Made by a program: the position numbers and the translations under genes. From an uncultured delta proteobacterium (lineage in GTDB: Bacteria > Desulfobacterota > Binatia > DP-6), in NCBI GenBank assembly GCA_963815115.1, contig CAWFFN010000009.1, positions 832,001-896,000 on the forward strand: a stretch of DNA of 64,000 nucleotides, read 5' to 3'. This document shows positions 1 to 9,928 of this stretch, piece by piece. How positions within the stretch are numbered: position 1 is the stretch's first letter; each line of letters starts with the position of its first letter. The notes under the pieces were generated by a model that searched no databases, was not told the DNA's origin, and saw only the letters and a program-made list of their open reading frames with translations.

Positions 1-1
1 C

Positions 2-940
<939 letters not shown>

Positions 941-946
941 GCGGGA

Positions 947-1774
947 TCATTCGGGCTCCGACGGCCGATCCCTCCGGTTCCGCGCGGGGCGGCTGGCAGG
1001 CGGCGTCGCGTCGCCGGTTCCGGTTCCCACCTCGGCGAAGACCCGGAGTGCGATCACGATGCCGATGACGGTGCCGCCGTCGTCACGGATCAGCGTGCTC
1101 ACCTCCTCGACCGCCATTTGCCGGCCCTCGCGGGTCAGCAGCAGCCCCTCGGCCGTTCCCCCGCTGGCGATCATCTCCCCGCCGCGCAACGCCCGCGGTC
1201 TGCCGGGAATCGTCACTCGGAGCACGTCGGCCAGGTCGCGGCCCTCCGCCTCGGCGGCCTTCCAGCCCGTCAGCGTCTCGGCGGCCCGGCTCATGAAGCG
1301 GATGCGCCAGTCGCCATCCGTGGCGATCACCGACTCGCCGATGCTGCGCAGGGTGGCGGTGAGCCAGCGCTCGCTCTCCCGCAGGCGGCGCTCCATCTCG
1401 TGGCGGTAGAGGGCCATCTCGATGACGATGTGCAGCTCGCGCTCCTGGAAGGGCTTGAGCAGGTAGCCGTACGGTTCGGTGATGCGCGCCCGCTCCAGCG
1501 TCGCCGGATCGGCGTACGCGGTGAGATAGATGACCGGGATGTCGAAGGCCTGCCGGACGTGCTGCGCCGTCTCGACGCCGTCCATGTCGTCCCGCAGGTG
1601 GATGTCCATCAGGACGAGGTCGGGGCGGAGGGCGTCCGCACGTTCGATGGCGTCGCGGCCGCGCCCGACCGCGGCGGACACCGCGTAGCCCAGCCGCTGG
1701 AGCGTCGACCGGATGTCGAGCGCGACCGCGGCCTCGTCCTCGACGACGAGGATGCTCGCCGGGCCCTTCCTCAT
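947..1774 (-). CDS. Response regulator, REC plus PAS, with no DNA-binding output domain
   Basis: ATG at 1774 overlaps the kinase stop (ATGA); ILVVEDE...DLVLMDI...YLTAY...LLKPF receiver motifs, then PAS (IGESVIATD...AAETLTGW). Confidence 0.9.
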   Translation of the reverse strand: MRKGPASILVVEDEAAVALDIRSTLQRLGYAVSAAVGRGRDAIERADALRPDLVLMDIHLRDDMDGVETAQHVRQAFDIPVIYLTAYADPATLERARITEPYGYLLKPFQERELHIVIEMALYRHEMERRLRESERWLTATLRSIGESVIATDGDWRIRFMSRAAETLTGWKAAEAEGRDLADVLRVTIPGRPRALRGGEMIASGGTAEGLLLTREGRQMAVEEVSTLIRDDGGTVIGIVIALRVFAEVGTGTGDATPPASRPARNRRDRPSEPE

Positions 1775-3345
1775 GATCCGGCGAAGAGGATGCGGAACTC
1801 GGTTCCGCCCTCCGAGCGAAGCTCGATGGTCCCGCCGAGCTGCTCCGTCAACGCGCAGACGAGCTGCATCCCGAGCGTCTCGGTGGCGCGGAAGTCGACG
1901 TCGCGGGGAAACCCGACTCCGTCGTCGGCCACGCGCAGGAGATAGCCCCGTGCCTCGTCGGGTCGGACCTCGATCTCGATCTCGCCGCGGCGCCCGTCGG
2001 GGAACGCATGCTTGAGGCAGTTCGACACCAGCTCGTTGAGTGCAAGCCCGAGCGGCACCGCCGCGTCGATCCCGAGGGAGACGTCCTCGACGGCGGCCCT
2101 GATGCCGACCCCCTCCGCCCGCGTGTGGTAGGACCGGCACAGGAGATCGGTCAGGCTGCGGACGTATTCACCGAGGTCGACGCGCGACAGATCGGCCGAC
2201 TGGTAGAGGCGCTCGTGGACCAGGGCCATCGAATGGATGCGGTTGCAGCTCTCGGCGAACATCTCGAGCGCCCCGGGGTCGTGGACGTGGGTCGACTGCA
2301 ACCGCAGCAGGCTCGAGATGACCTGGAGGTTGTTCTTCACGCGGTGATGGATCTCCTCGAGGAGCACCTCCTTCTCGCGCAGCGACGTCTGGATCCGCTC
2401 CGCGCTGGCGCGCACCGCCTCCTCGGCGCGCTTCGACTCGGTGATGTCGTACGCGATCCCCTGGAGAAAGAGTGGATGCCCCTCGTCGTCCCGCACGACC
2501 CGCGCCTCGCCGCGCACCCAGACGACGTTGCCGTCGCGCGTGAGGGCACGGAATTCGGCGCGGAACGGACCGCCGGTCCGGCAGCCGCGCGCGAACTCGC
2601 GGTTGCAACGCTCGCGATCCTCCGGGTGGAGCTGGTTGAACCAGAGGAAGGGATTGCCCAGCCACTCCTCCTGGGTGAAGCCGAGCAGCGCCTCGATCTG
2701 GGGGCTGACGTACAGCTCGGTCACATCCTCGTTGAGCGCGGCCATGAAGGTGACGGCGGGGATCTGCTCGACCAGCGTGCGGTAGCGAGCCTCGACCTTG
2801 CGCCGCTGCTCCTCCGTCCGCTGCGCGCCGATGAGGCCGCGCACCGCGAGGATCTGCAGCTGCTCGCCGCCGAGCGCGACGCTGGCGGAGGTGGTTTCGA
2901 GGGGGAAGGTGGTGCCGCCGGCATGCTGCCCGACCACGTGGCGCGCGGCCGTCCGCGGGGCGCTCGTGGAGACGGCGTCGCGGTCGTCGGGCGGAAGCAG
3001 GATGGTCGCGATCGGCTTCCCGATCGCGTCTGCGGCGGAGTAGCCGAAGATCGCCTCCGCAGCCGCGTCCCACGAGTGGACGAAGCCGGCGCCGGTCACC
3101 GTGATGATCGCGGCTGCCCCGGCTTCGGCGCCCGCCCGAGGCCGGTCGCGGCCGGCGGGTATCCTCGTCCGGATTCCGGCCCCGATGATCGACGCATCGA
3201 CGGAAAACGCCCGCACCATCTCCTGCAGCACTGCCTCCGCCTCCTCGGGCGTCGAGGGTAGGGGATCGAGGACCGAGGAATCCGCCCCGCCGGCCGGGTC
3301 GTGACGTGTCGAGCGACGCGAGCCGTTGCGCGCCATGACGCTCAC
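1771..3345 (-). CDS. Soluble PAS-PAS sensor histidine kinase, HisKA_2 family
   Basis: GTG at 3345 overlaps the hydrogenase large-subunit stop (alternative ATG 3336); PAS motifs (WDAAAEAIFGY; YVSPQIEALLG...LHPEDR); H-box EIHHRVKNNLQ; NELVSNCLKHAF; DDGVGF; no TM segment. Confidence 0.92.
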   Translation of the reverse strand: MSVMARNGSRRSTRHDPAGGADSSVLDPLPSTPEEAEAVLQEMVRAFSVDASIIGAGIRTRIPAGRDRPRAGAEAGAAAIITVTGAGFVHSWDAAAEAIFGYSAADAIGKPIATILLPPDDRDAVSTSAPRTAARHVVGQHAGGTTFPLETTSASVALGGEQLQILAVRGLIGAQRTEEQRRKVEARYRTLVEQIPAVTFMAALNEDVTELYVSPQIEALLGFTQEEWLGNPFLWFNQLHPEDRERCNREFARGCRTGGPFRAEFRALTRDGNVVWVRGEARVVRDDEGHPLFLQGIAYDITESKRAEEAVRASAERIQTSLREKEVLLEEIHHRVKNNLQVISSLLRLQSTHVHDPGALEMFAESCNRIHSMALVHERLYQSADLSRVDLGEYVRSLTDLLCRSYHTRAEGVGIRAAVEDVSLGIDAAVPLGLALNELVSNCLKHAFPDGRRGEIEIEVRPDEARGYLLRVADDGVGFPRDVDFRATETLGMQLVCALTEQLGGTIELRSEGGTEFRILFAGS

Positions 3346-5108
3346 CCCGCCTGGGCTCCGAGCAGTGGCGAATGCACGGCGCGGACGGTGCGGCCGCCGC
3401 CCAGGTACATGTGGACGCCACAGGGGAGGCAGGGATCGAAGCTCCGCACCGTCCGCAGGATGTCGATGCCCTTGAAGGCGCTCGCGCCGTTCTCCTCGAA
3501 CAGCGGCGTGTTCTGCACCGCGTCCTCGAAGGGTCCTGGCGTGCCGTGCACGTCGCGCGGGCTCGCGTTCCACGTCGTCGGAGGGAAGGGGTGGTAGTTG
3601 GCGATCTTGCCGTCCCGGATCACGAGATGATGGGAGAGAAGGCCGCGCACGGCCTCGTGGAATCCGCAGCCGATGGCGTCGTCAGGGACCTCGAACGGGG
3701 TGGACGTCCGGGTCCGCCCGGCGTGCACCTCCTCGAGGGCGCGCTCGGCGAAGTAGAGAGCCGCCGCAGCCGCATACGCCTGGAAGTACGTCCGTGCGCG
3801 GTTGCGCTCGAGGGTGTTGCTCCAGGCCGGGATCTTCCACTCGAACGCGACCTCGGGGAGTGTCGCCGACTTGGGAAGGGTGATCGCTATGCTCCGACCC
3901 GTCGCCCGAACGTAGCCGATGTCGACGCGCCCGGCGAGCGCGGTCACCCACAGGCGCGCGAGCGGGCCGCCCCCGCTGTCGAGCGCGAGGAGCTGCTGGC
4001 TGGCGGGCTGCAGCCAGCGGGGCGAGGTGACCCACGTGTAGCGTCCCGCGAAATCGCGCTTCTGGGGTCGCGGGATGGTGCGCTGGTTCCACGGATGCCG
4101 CCGGTCGACCGGGTTGCCGAGCGGGTCTTCCTTCACCAGCGGCTCGGCCGTCTCCCAGTCGTCATAGTACGAGCTGCCGAGGAGGACGCGGATGCCGAGG
4201 TTGACCTCGACCAGATCGGTGGTGACGAGCTCGCCGTCGATGACGACGCCCGGCGTGACGTACATCTCCCGCCCCCACCGGCTCATGGTGCGGTAGTCAT
4301 AGTCGCAGGCCTCCGGATTCTGGAACGAGCCCCAGCAGCCGAGCAACGTGCGACGCTGGCCGACGGCTTCGTAGCCGGGGAGCGCCGCGTAGAAGAAGTC
4401 GAACAGGTCGTCGTGCAGCGGCACGACCTGCTTCATGAACTCGACGTACTGCATCAGGCGGCTCAGGTACTCGGTCAGGAGCTGCACGCTCGCCGTCGTG
4501 CCGATCCCTCCCGGGTAGAGCGTGGACGGATGCACGTGACGGCCGCCGATCAGGCAGTACATCTCCCGCGCCAGACGGCTCGTGCGCAACGCTTCCCGGT
4601 AGAACGCGCCGCTGAAGGGATTGAGCGCGCGCATGATGTCGCCGATCGTCCGGTAGCCGTGCTTGTCCGCGTTGGGGGCGGCGGTCTGGTTGGCCTTCTC
4701 GAGGACGCCCGGGTTCGTTTCCCCGACCATGCGCTCGCAGAAGTCCACCCCGACGAGGTTGTCCTGGAAGAGGTTGTGGTCGAACATGTACTCGGCGGCC
4801 TCGGCGAGGTTGATCAGCCAGTCGGCGAGCGGCGGCGGCTTCACCCCGAAGGTCATGTTCTGGGCGTAGAGCGCGCAGGTGGCGTGGTTGTCGCCGCAGA
4901 TGCCGCAGATGCGGCTGGTGATGAAGTGCGCGTCGCGCGGATCCTTCCCCTGCATGAAGATGCTGTAGCCGCGGAAGATCGACGACGTGCAGTGACACTC
5001 GGCCACCCGGCGATTGCCGAGGTCGATCCGCGTGTGCAGGCCGAGGCTGCCGACGACGCGCGTGATCGGATCCCACGACATCTCGATGAGCTCGGGTGTC
5101 GAGCTCAT
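3342..5108 (-). CDS. hhyL: Group 1h [NiFe]-hydrogenase large subunit, copy A (kinase-linked paralog)
   Basis: MSSTPELIEMSWDPITRVVGSLG; L1 TSRICGICGDNH; L2 SFDPCLPCGVH with C-terminal extension; ATG overlaps the small-subunit stop. Confidence 0.93.
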   Translation of the reverse strand: MSSTPELIEMSWDPITRVVGSLGLHTRIDLGNRRVAECHCTSSIFRGYSIFMQGKDPRDAHFITSRICGICGDNHATCALYAQNMTFGVKPPPLADWLINLAEAAEYMFDHNLFQDNLVGVDFCERMVGETNPGVLEKANQTAAPNADKHGYRTIGDIMRALNPFSGAFYREALRTSRLAREMYCLIGGRHVHPSTLYPGGIGTTASVQLLTEYLSRLMQYVEFMKQVVPLHDDLFDFFYAALPGYEAVGQRRTLLGCWGSFQNPEACDYDYRTMSRWGREMYVTPGVVIDGELVTTDLVEVNLGIRVLLGSSYYDDWETAEPLVKEDPLGNPVDRRHPWNQRTIPRPQKRDFAGRYTWVTSPRWLQPASQQLLALDSGGGPLARLWVTALAGRVDIGYVRATGRSIAITLPKSATLPEVAFEWKIPAWSNTLERNRARTYFQAYAAAAALYFAERALEEVHAGRTRTSTPFEVPDDAIGCGFHEAVRGLLSHHLVIRDGKIANYHPFPPTTWNASPRDVHGTPGPFEDAVQNTPLFEENGASAFKGIDILRTVRSFDPCLPCGVHMYLGGGRTVRAVHSPLLGAQAG

Positions 5109-6154
5109 TCGGGGTCTTCCCGCCGCCGACCCGGCCGCCGCCACTCCGGCTCGCGCTCCAGCGACGCGATGGTGAAGTTGCGCAGTGCACGTACGGCGCG
5201 GCCGTACATGAGCACGGCCGAGGACGACATCTTGGCGCCGGGCGGCTCGTCCATGAACGGCATGAACTTGTCGGGGAAGCCCGGCATGGTGCAGCCGATG
5301 CAGACGCCGCCGACGTTCGGGCAGCCACCCACGCCACCCATCCAGCCCCGCTTCGGCACGTTGCATCGCACCACCGGGCCCCAGCAGCCGAGCTTCACGA
5401 TGCACTTGGGCGTGCCGTAGTCGAGGCCGAAGTCGGCCTGCTCGTAGTAGCCGCCGCGGTCGCAGGCTTCGTGCACGGTCTGATCGAAGAGCCACCGTGG
5501 GCGCAGGCAGTCGTCGAGCGGGATCATGGGGGCGCGACCGACCGACTGCCGCAAGAGGTGGAGGAGGGTGTCCATGAAGTTGTCGGGCTGGACCGGGCAG
5601 CCGGGGACGCACACGATGGGGATGTCGCCGCGCGAGCGGAAGTCCCACCCGAGATAGTCCGGCAGCCCCATGCAGCCGGTCGGGTTGCCCGCCATGGCGT
5701 GAATGCCGCCGTACGTCGCGCAGGTACCGGCGGCGACGACGGCCCAGGCGCGCGGCGCCAGGCGGTCGATCCAGGTGCAGGTCAGGATGGGCTGGCCGCT
5801 CGACGGATCGGTGCCGAATCCTGCCCAGTAGCCCTCGTCCTTCCTCGTCTCGTCCGGGATCGAGCCCTCGACGACGAGGATGAAGGGTCCGAGCCTGCCC
5901 GTGGCGGCGCGCTCGAAGGGCTCGAGAAACCGGTCCCCGACTTCGTAGGCCAGCACGGGGTTGTGGAGCTCCACCTTCGGGATGCGGGGGATCGCTCCCA
6001 GGACGAGGTCCTCGAGGCTCGGGTTGGTGGCGGCCGTGATGGCGATCGTGTCGCCGTCACACCCGAGGCCGGCCGTGATCCACAGCACGTGGATCGTCTC
6101 CAGCGGGGCCGGCTCCACTTGCTCGCAGCCGTCGGGCGCTGACTCGTTGGTCAC
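5105..6154 (-). CDS. hhyS: Group 1h [NiFe]-hydrogenase small subunit, copy A
   Basis: GLGCDGD (Asp-ligated proximal cluster typical of group 1h), GTCATYGG, PGCP, HEACDR, CIVKLGCWGP, CPNVGGVCIGC; no Tat signal. Confidence 0.93.
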   Translation of the reverse strand: MTNESAPDGCEQVEPAPLETIHVLWITAGLGCDGDTIAITAATNPSLEDLVLGAIPRIPKVELHNPVLAYEVGDRFLEPFERAATGRLGPFILVVEGSIPDETRKDEGYWAGFGTDPSSGQPILTCTWIDRLAPRAWAVVAAGTCATYGGIHAMAGNPTGCMGLPDYLGWDFRSRGDIPIVCVPGCPVQPDNFMDTLLHLLRQSVGRAPMIPLDDCLRPRWLFDQTVHEACDRGGYYEQADFGLDYGTPKCIVKLGCWGPVVRCNVPKRGWMGGVGGCPNVGGVCIGCTMPGFPDKFMPFMDEPPGAKMSSSAVLMYGRAVRALRNFTIASLEREPEWRRPGRRREDPE

Positions 6155-6208
6155 GGCGTCGGACCTCGACCGGATCGCGAGCGACTCTGTAGCGCGGCGA
6201 CTCCCCCG

Positions 6209-6223
6209 TGGTCAAAGAGACCA
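6209..6223 (-). promoter_or_regulatory. Palindrome TGGTC-N5-GACCA overlapping a TTGACC -35-like hexamer upstream of hhyS copy A
   Basis: Inverted repeat read directly in the 134-bp intergenic gap; the -10 match (TACAGA, 18-nt spacer) is weak. Confidence 0.3.
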
Positions 6224-6288
6224 TCGCGGCGCTCGCCCGTCGCAGAGGCAATGTCGCGAGACGCTGCGCGACGCCATCGCCACCCTCG

Positions 6289-7230
6289 CTACCACTCGCG
6301 CCGGAAGGTCGCCCATGTCTTCACCGGCCGCAGGCCGGCCGCCCGGCCGCGCGCGACACGCTGGACGGCGAGCTTGCGGCACGCCTCGTCGATCATCTCC
6401 GTGCCGAAGCGGACGGCGCCTCGACCCTCGACACCGGTCGCGTGGGCGTAGGCCTCGAGCATCGCGGTCGCCCTGTCGAACTCCTCCTGGCTCGGCGTGA
6501 AGGTCTGGTTGAGGGGTTCGATCTGCCCGGGGTGGAGCGCCCACTTGCCGTCGTAGCCGAGCGCCCTCGCCCAGCCTGCCGCGCGGCGCAAGCCCTCCTC
6601 GTCCTTGACGTCGAGGTGGGGGCCGTCGATTGCCTGCACGCCTGCGGCGCGTGCGGCGACGAGGATCGTGCCACGGACCCAGTGCCAGAGGTCGCCGGGA
6701 TACTCCGAAGTGCCGGAACCGCTCACGATGCGAGGAAGCCCGAGCGACGCGCTCAGGTCGGCAGGACCGAGGATGAGGGTCTCGGTCCTCGACGAGGCGC
6801 GTACGATCTCGCGCACGCTCTCGAGTCCCTGCGCGGTCTCGATGAGCAGCTCGAGCCCGACCTTGCCCTCGAGTCGCTCCGCCTCCTCGACCTCGGTCAG
6901 GAGCCGATCCGCGAAGAGGACGTCGGCGGCGGACTCGACCTTGGGAATCACTATGCAGTCCAGACACCGACCGGCTCCGCCGGTCACCTCGACCATGTCG
7001 TCACGGTACCACGGGGTCTCGATGGCGTTCACACGGACCGCCACCGTCTTCTTCGACCAGTCGCCATCGAGAAGCGCGCGGATCACCTGGCCGCGTGCCT
7101 CTTCCTTCGCGGCGGGCGCGACCGCGTCCTCGAGGTCGATGATGACCTCGTCCGCGGGCAGGGTCGCCGCCTTGGCGAGCATCTTCGCCGACGAGCCCGG
7201 GACCGAGAGGCAGGAGCGTCGCGACCTCAT
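6289..7230 (-). CDS. CitE/HpcH-HpaI family CoA-ester lyase (malyl-/methylmalyl-/citramalyl-CoA lyase-like)
   Basis: RRSCLSVPGS, DLEDAVAP, VRVN, IETAQG, GPADLSASLG, IDGP, GYDGKWALHPGQI, MIDEA. Confidence 0.88.
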   Translation of the reverse strand: MRSRRSCLSVPGSSAKMLAKAATLPADEVIIDLEDAVAPAAKEEARGQVIRALLDGDWSKKTVAVRVNAIETPWYRDDMVEVTGGAGRCLDCIVIPKVESAADVLFADRLLTEVEEAERLEGKVGLELLIETAQGLESVREIVRASSRTETLILGPADLSASLGLPRIVSGSGTSEYPGDLWHWVRGTILVAARAAGVQAIDGPHLDVKDEEGLRRAAGWARALGYDGKWALHPGQIEPLNQTFTPSQEEFDRATAMLEAYAHATGVEGRGAVRFGTEMIDEACRKLAVQRVARGRAAGLRPVKTWATFRREW

Positions 7231-7343
7231 GACGGGGAACCGATTCTCCGCGCGTGCCGGCGACTATAGCGCCGGCCCGGCGGAGCGTACAGACTGGGCG
7301 GAGTCGAAGCGCCGATGCGCGGACGGCAACTCGAGGTGATGGC

Positions 7344-8576
7344 ATGACCGAGAACGGAATTCTCGACGGCATGCGGGTGGTCGAGGGGTCGGCGTACGTC
7401 GCCGCACCCCTCGGCGGAATGACCCTGGCTCAGCTGGGGGCCGAGGTGATCCGCTTCGACCAGATCGGCGGCGGGCTCGACTTCAAGCGCTGGCCGGTGG
7501 CCCGTGGCGGCCAGAGCCTCTTCTGGGCAGGCCTCAACAAGGGCAAGCGCTCGATCGCCGTGGACCTCCATTCCCCGCGCGGCCGGGACATCGTGACGGC
7601 GCTCATCTGTGCTCCCGGGCCCGATGCCGGCCTGATGCTCACCAATTTCCCGCTCCGCGGCTGGCTCTCCTACGAGTCGCTGGCGGCCCGCCGCCCGGAT
7701 CTGATCGTGGCCTCGATCGTGGGCAACCACGACGGTTCCTCGGCGGTCGACTACACGGTGAACCCGGCGACGGGCTTCCCGTGGGCGACCGGACCGATGA
7801 ATCTGAACGTCCCCTTCAATCACCTCCTCCCGGCCTGGGACGCGATCACCGGGACGCTGGCGGTCACCGGCCTCCTGGCCGCCGAGCGCCATCGACGGCG
7901 CTGCGGGAAGGGACAGGTCGTGCGCCTCGCGCTCTCGGACGTGGCCTTCGCCATGGTCGGGAACCTGGGCAAGATCGCCGAGGTGCAGGTCAACCGGGAG
8001 GAGCGCCCGAAGTACGGCAACTACCTCTACGGGGCGTTCGGTCGCGACTTCGCCACCCGCGACGGGAGGCGCATCATGGTCGTCGCGCTCACCAAGAGCC
8101 AGTGGGACAGCCTGTGCGCGGCGACCGAGCTGCACGACGCCCTGGCGGTGGTCGAGCGCCGGATGGGCCTCGACTTCGACCAGGAGGGCGATCGGTTCCT
8201 CGCGCGGGAGGTGATCGCGGCGATCCTGAAGCCCTGGATCATCACCCGGCCGCTGGACGAGGTGCGCGCGCGCTTCGACGCCCAGGGCGTGTGCTGGGGG
8301 CCCTACCAGACCTTCACCGAGCTGGTGACGGCCGATCCTCGCTGCTCGCCCGCGAATCCGATGTTCGCGGAGGTGGAGCAGCCCGGGATCGGGACCTACC
8401 GCATGCCGGCATCGCCGCTGGATTTCCACGCGGTGCCTCGCCTCCCGCCGCGCCGGGCCCCGGTCCTCGGCGAGCACACCGACGAGGTCCTGGCGACGGT
8501 CCTCGGGTTGCCGGAGGCCGAGATCGGCCGCCTGCACGACGACGGCGTGATCGCGGGTCCCCGGTCGGATCGATAG
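7344..8576 (+). CDS. mct: Mesaconyl-CoA C1-C4 CoA transferase (2-methylfumaryl-CoA isomerase), family III CoA-transferase
   Basis: GILDGMRVVEGSAYVAAPLGGMTLAQLGA, GGGLDFKRWP, SLFWAGLNKGKRS, VDYTVNP, NHLLPAWD, GNYLYGAFGRDF resemble Chloroflexus Mct as I recall it; RBS gaggtg before ATG 7344. Confidence 0.88.
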   Translation: MTENGILDGMRVVEGSAYVAAPLGGMTLAQLGAEVIRFDQIGGGLDFKRWPVARGGQSLFWAGLNKGKRSIAVDLHSPRGRDIVTALICAPGPDAGLMLTNFPLRGWLSYESLAARRPDLIVASIVGNHDGSSAVDYTVNPATGFPWATGPMNLNVPFNHLLPAWDAITGTLAVTGLLAAERHRRRCGKGQVVRLALSDVAFAMVGNLGKIAEVQVNREERPKYGNYLYGAFGRDFATRDGRRIMVVALTKSQWDSLCAATELHDALAVVERRMGLDFDQEGDRFLAREVIAAILKPWIITRPLDEVRARFDAQGVCWGPYQTFTELVTADPRCSPANPMFAEVEQPGIGTYRMPASPLDFHAVPRLPPRRAPVLGEHTDEVLATVLGLPEAEIGRLHDDGVIAGPRSDR

Positions 8577-8873
8577 CCCCTGCAGGCGGTCGTGGCCCGG
8601 ATGGCGCCGCTGGTGTCGTGCTGTCGTGCGACGGCGCGCGACACGATCTTTTCCAATGAAAACGTCAAGTATCGGGGTGAGGCGTAGCTCTGCACCGTCG
8701 CAGGGCGACGCGACGATTCCTTCCACGGCTCCACGAAATACTGCAGATTCCGCATAGTCCGCTCGTGCTCCCTGCGGTACGGATAGTGCAGCGCGATCGA
8801 GCGCGACGCGGCGGATGACGGAAGCGGTCGGGATGGCCGTCGAGCGCCCTGCGCCGCGAAGGAGGCGACGAAC

Positions 8874-9911
8874 ATGCCGTCGGAAGAAGGACCGCTCGTC
8901 CACATCCTGTGGCTGAACTCGGGACTCGGTTGCGACGGGGATTCGGTCGCGCTCACCGCCGCGATGCAGCCCAGCATCGAGGACATCGTGCTGGGTGCCC
9001 TCCCGGGCCTGCCGCGCGTCGCGGTGCACTGGCTGCTCATCGACTACGAGGTCGGTGACGAGTTCATGCGCTGGTTCTGGAAGGCGGACCGGGGGGAGAT
9101 CGATCCCTTCGTGCTCGTCGTCGAAGGCTCGATCCCGAACGAGGCGATCAAGTCCGAGGGGTACTGGGCCGCGATGGGCAACCGCGTCGAAGGCGGTGGG
9201 CGCGACACCCAGCCCATGACCACCAGCGAGTGGCTGGATCGGCTCGCTCCGAAGGCGCTCGCCGTTCTCGCCGTCGGGACCTGCGCCACCTACGGCGGAA
9301 TCCATGCGATGTCCGGGAACCCGACCGGCGCCATGGGCGTGCCGGACCACCTGGGCTGGGGCTGGAAGTCGAAGGCCGGCATCCCGATCGTCTGCGTGCC
9401 CGGCTGCCCGATCCATCCCGACAATCTCGCCGAGACGATCCTCTATCTCCTCTACCAGGCGACCGGCGCGGCACCCATGATCCCGCTCGACGAACAGCTC
9501 CGGCCGACGTGGCTCTTCGGCGCCACCGTGCACGAGGGCTGCGACCGCGCCGGCTACTACGAGCAGGGCGAGTTCGCCACCGAGTACGGCACGCCCACGT
9601 GCATCGTGAAGCTCGGCTGCTACGGGCCCGTCGTCAAGTGCAACGTGCCGAAGCGGGGCTGGGTCGGCGGCGTCGGCGGTTGCCCGAACGTCGGTGGCAT
9701 CTGCATCGGGTGCACCATGCCGGGCTTCCCCGACAAGTTCATGCCGTTCATGGACGAGCCGCCCGGCGCCAAGGTGTCGACGCGGATGTCGGGGATGCTC
9801 GGCAGCGCGATCCGGACCCTCCGCGGCTTCACCGAGCACACGATGGACGAGGAGCCCAAGTGGCGCCGCCGTGGCTCGCAGCTCACCACCGGCTACCGGC
9901 CAACCTGGTAA
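8874..9911 (+). CDS. hhyS: Group 1h [NiFe]-hydrogenase small subunit, copy B
   Basis: GLGCDGD, GTCATYGG, PGCP, HEGCDR, CPNVGGICIGC, C-terminal QLTTGY; RBS ggagg; no Tat signal. Confidence 0.95.
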   Translation: MPSEEGPLVHILWLNSGLGCDGDSVALTAAMQPSIEDIVLGALPGLPRVAVHWLLIDYEVGDEFMRWFWKADRGEIDPFVLVVEGSIPNEAIKSEGYWAAMGNRVEGGGRDTQPMTTSEWLDRLAPKALAVLAVGTCATYGGIHAMSGNPTGAMGVPDHLGWGWKSKAGIPIVCVPGCPIHPDNLAETILYLLYQATGAAPMIPLDEQLRPTWLFGATVHEGCDRAGYYEQGEFATEYGTPTCIVKLGCYGPVVKCNVPKRGWVGGVGGCPNVGGICIGCTMPGFPDKFMPFMDEPPGAKVSTRMSGMLGSAIRTLRGFTEHTMDEEPKWRRRGSQLTTGYRPTW

Positions 9912-9928
9912 GGGGGAGGACCCGGAAC

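Noticed and set aside
3342-5648. N-terminal extensions of the large subunits in the ORF track (768 aa and 828 aa)
   Set aside because: The extensions overlap the small-subunit genes out of frame; starts at 5108 and 9929 have coupling or RBS support
8593-8607. GG-N10-GC sigma54-like element upstream of hhyS-B (TGGCCCGGATGGCGC)
   Set aside because: The -12 element is poor (GCGC rather than TTGC) and such matches arise by chance in GC-rich DNA
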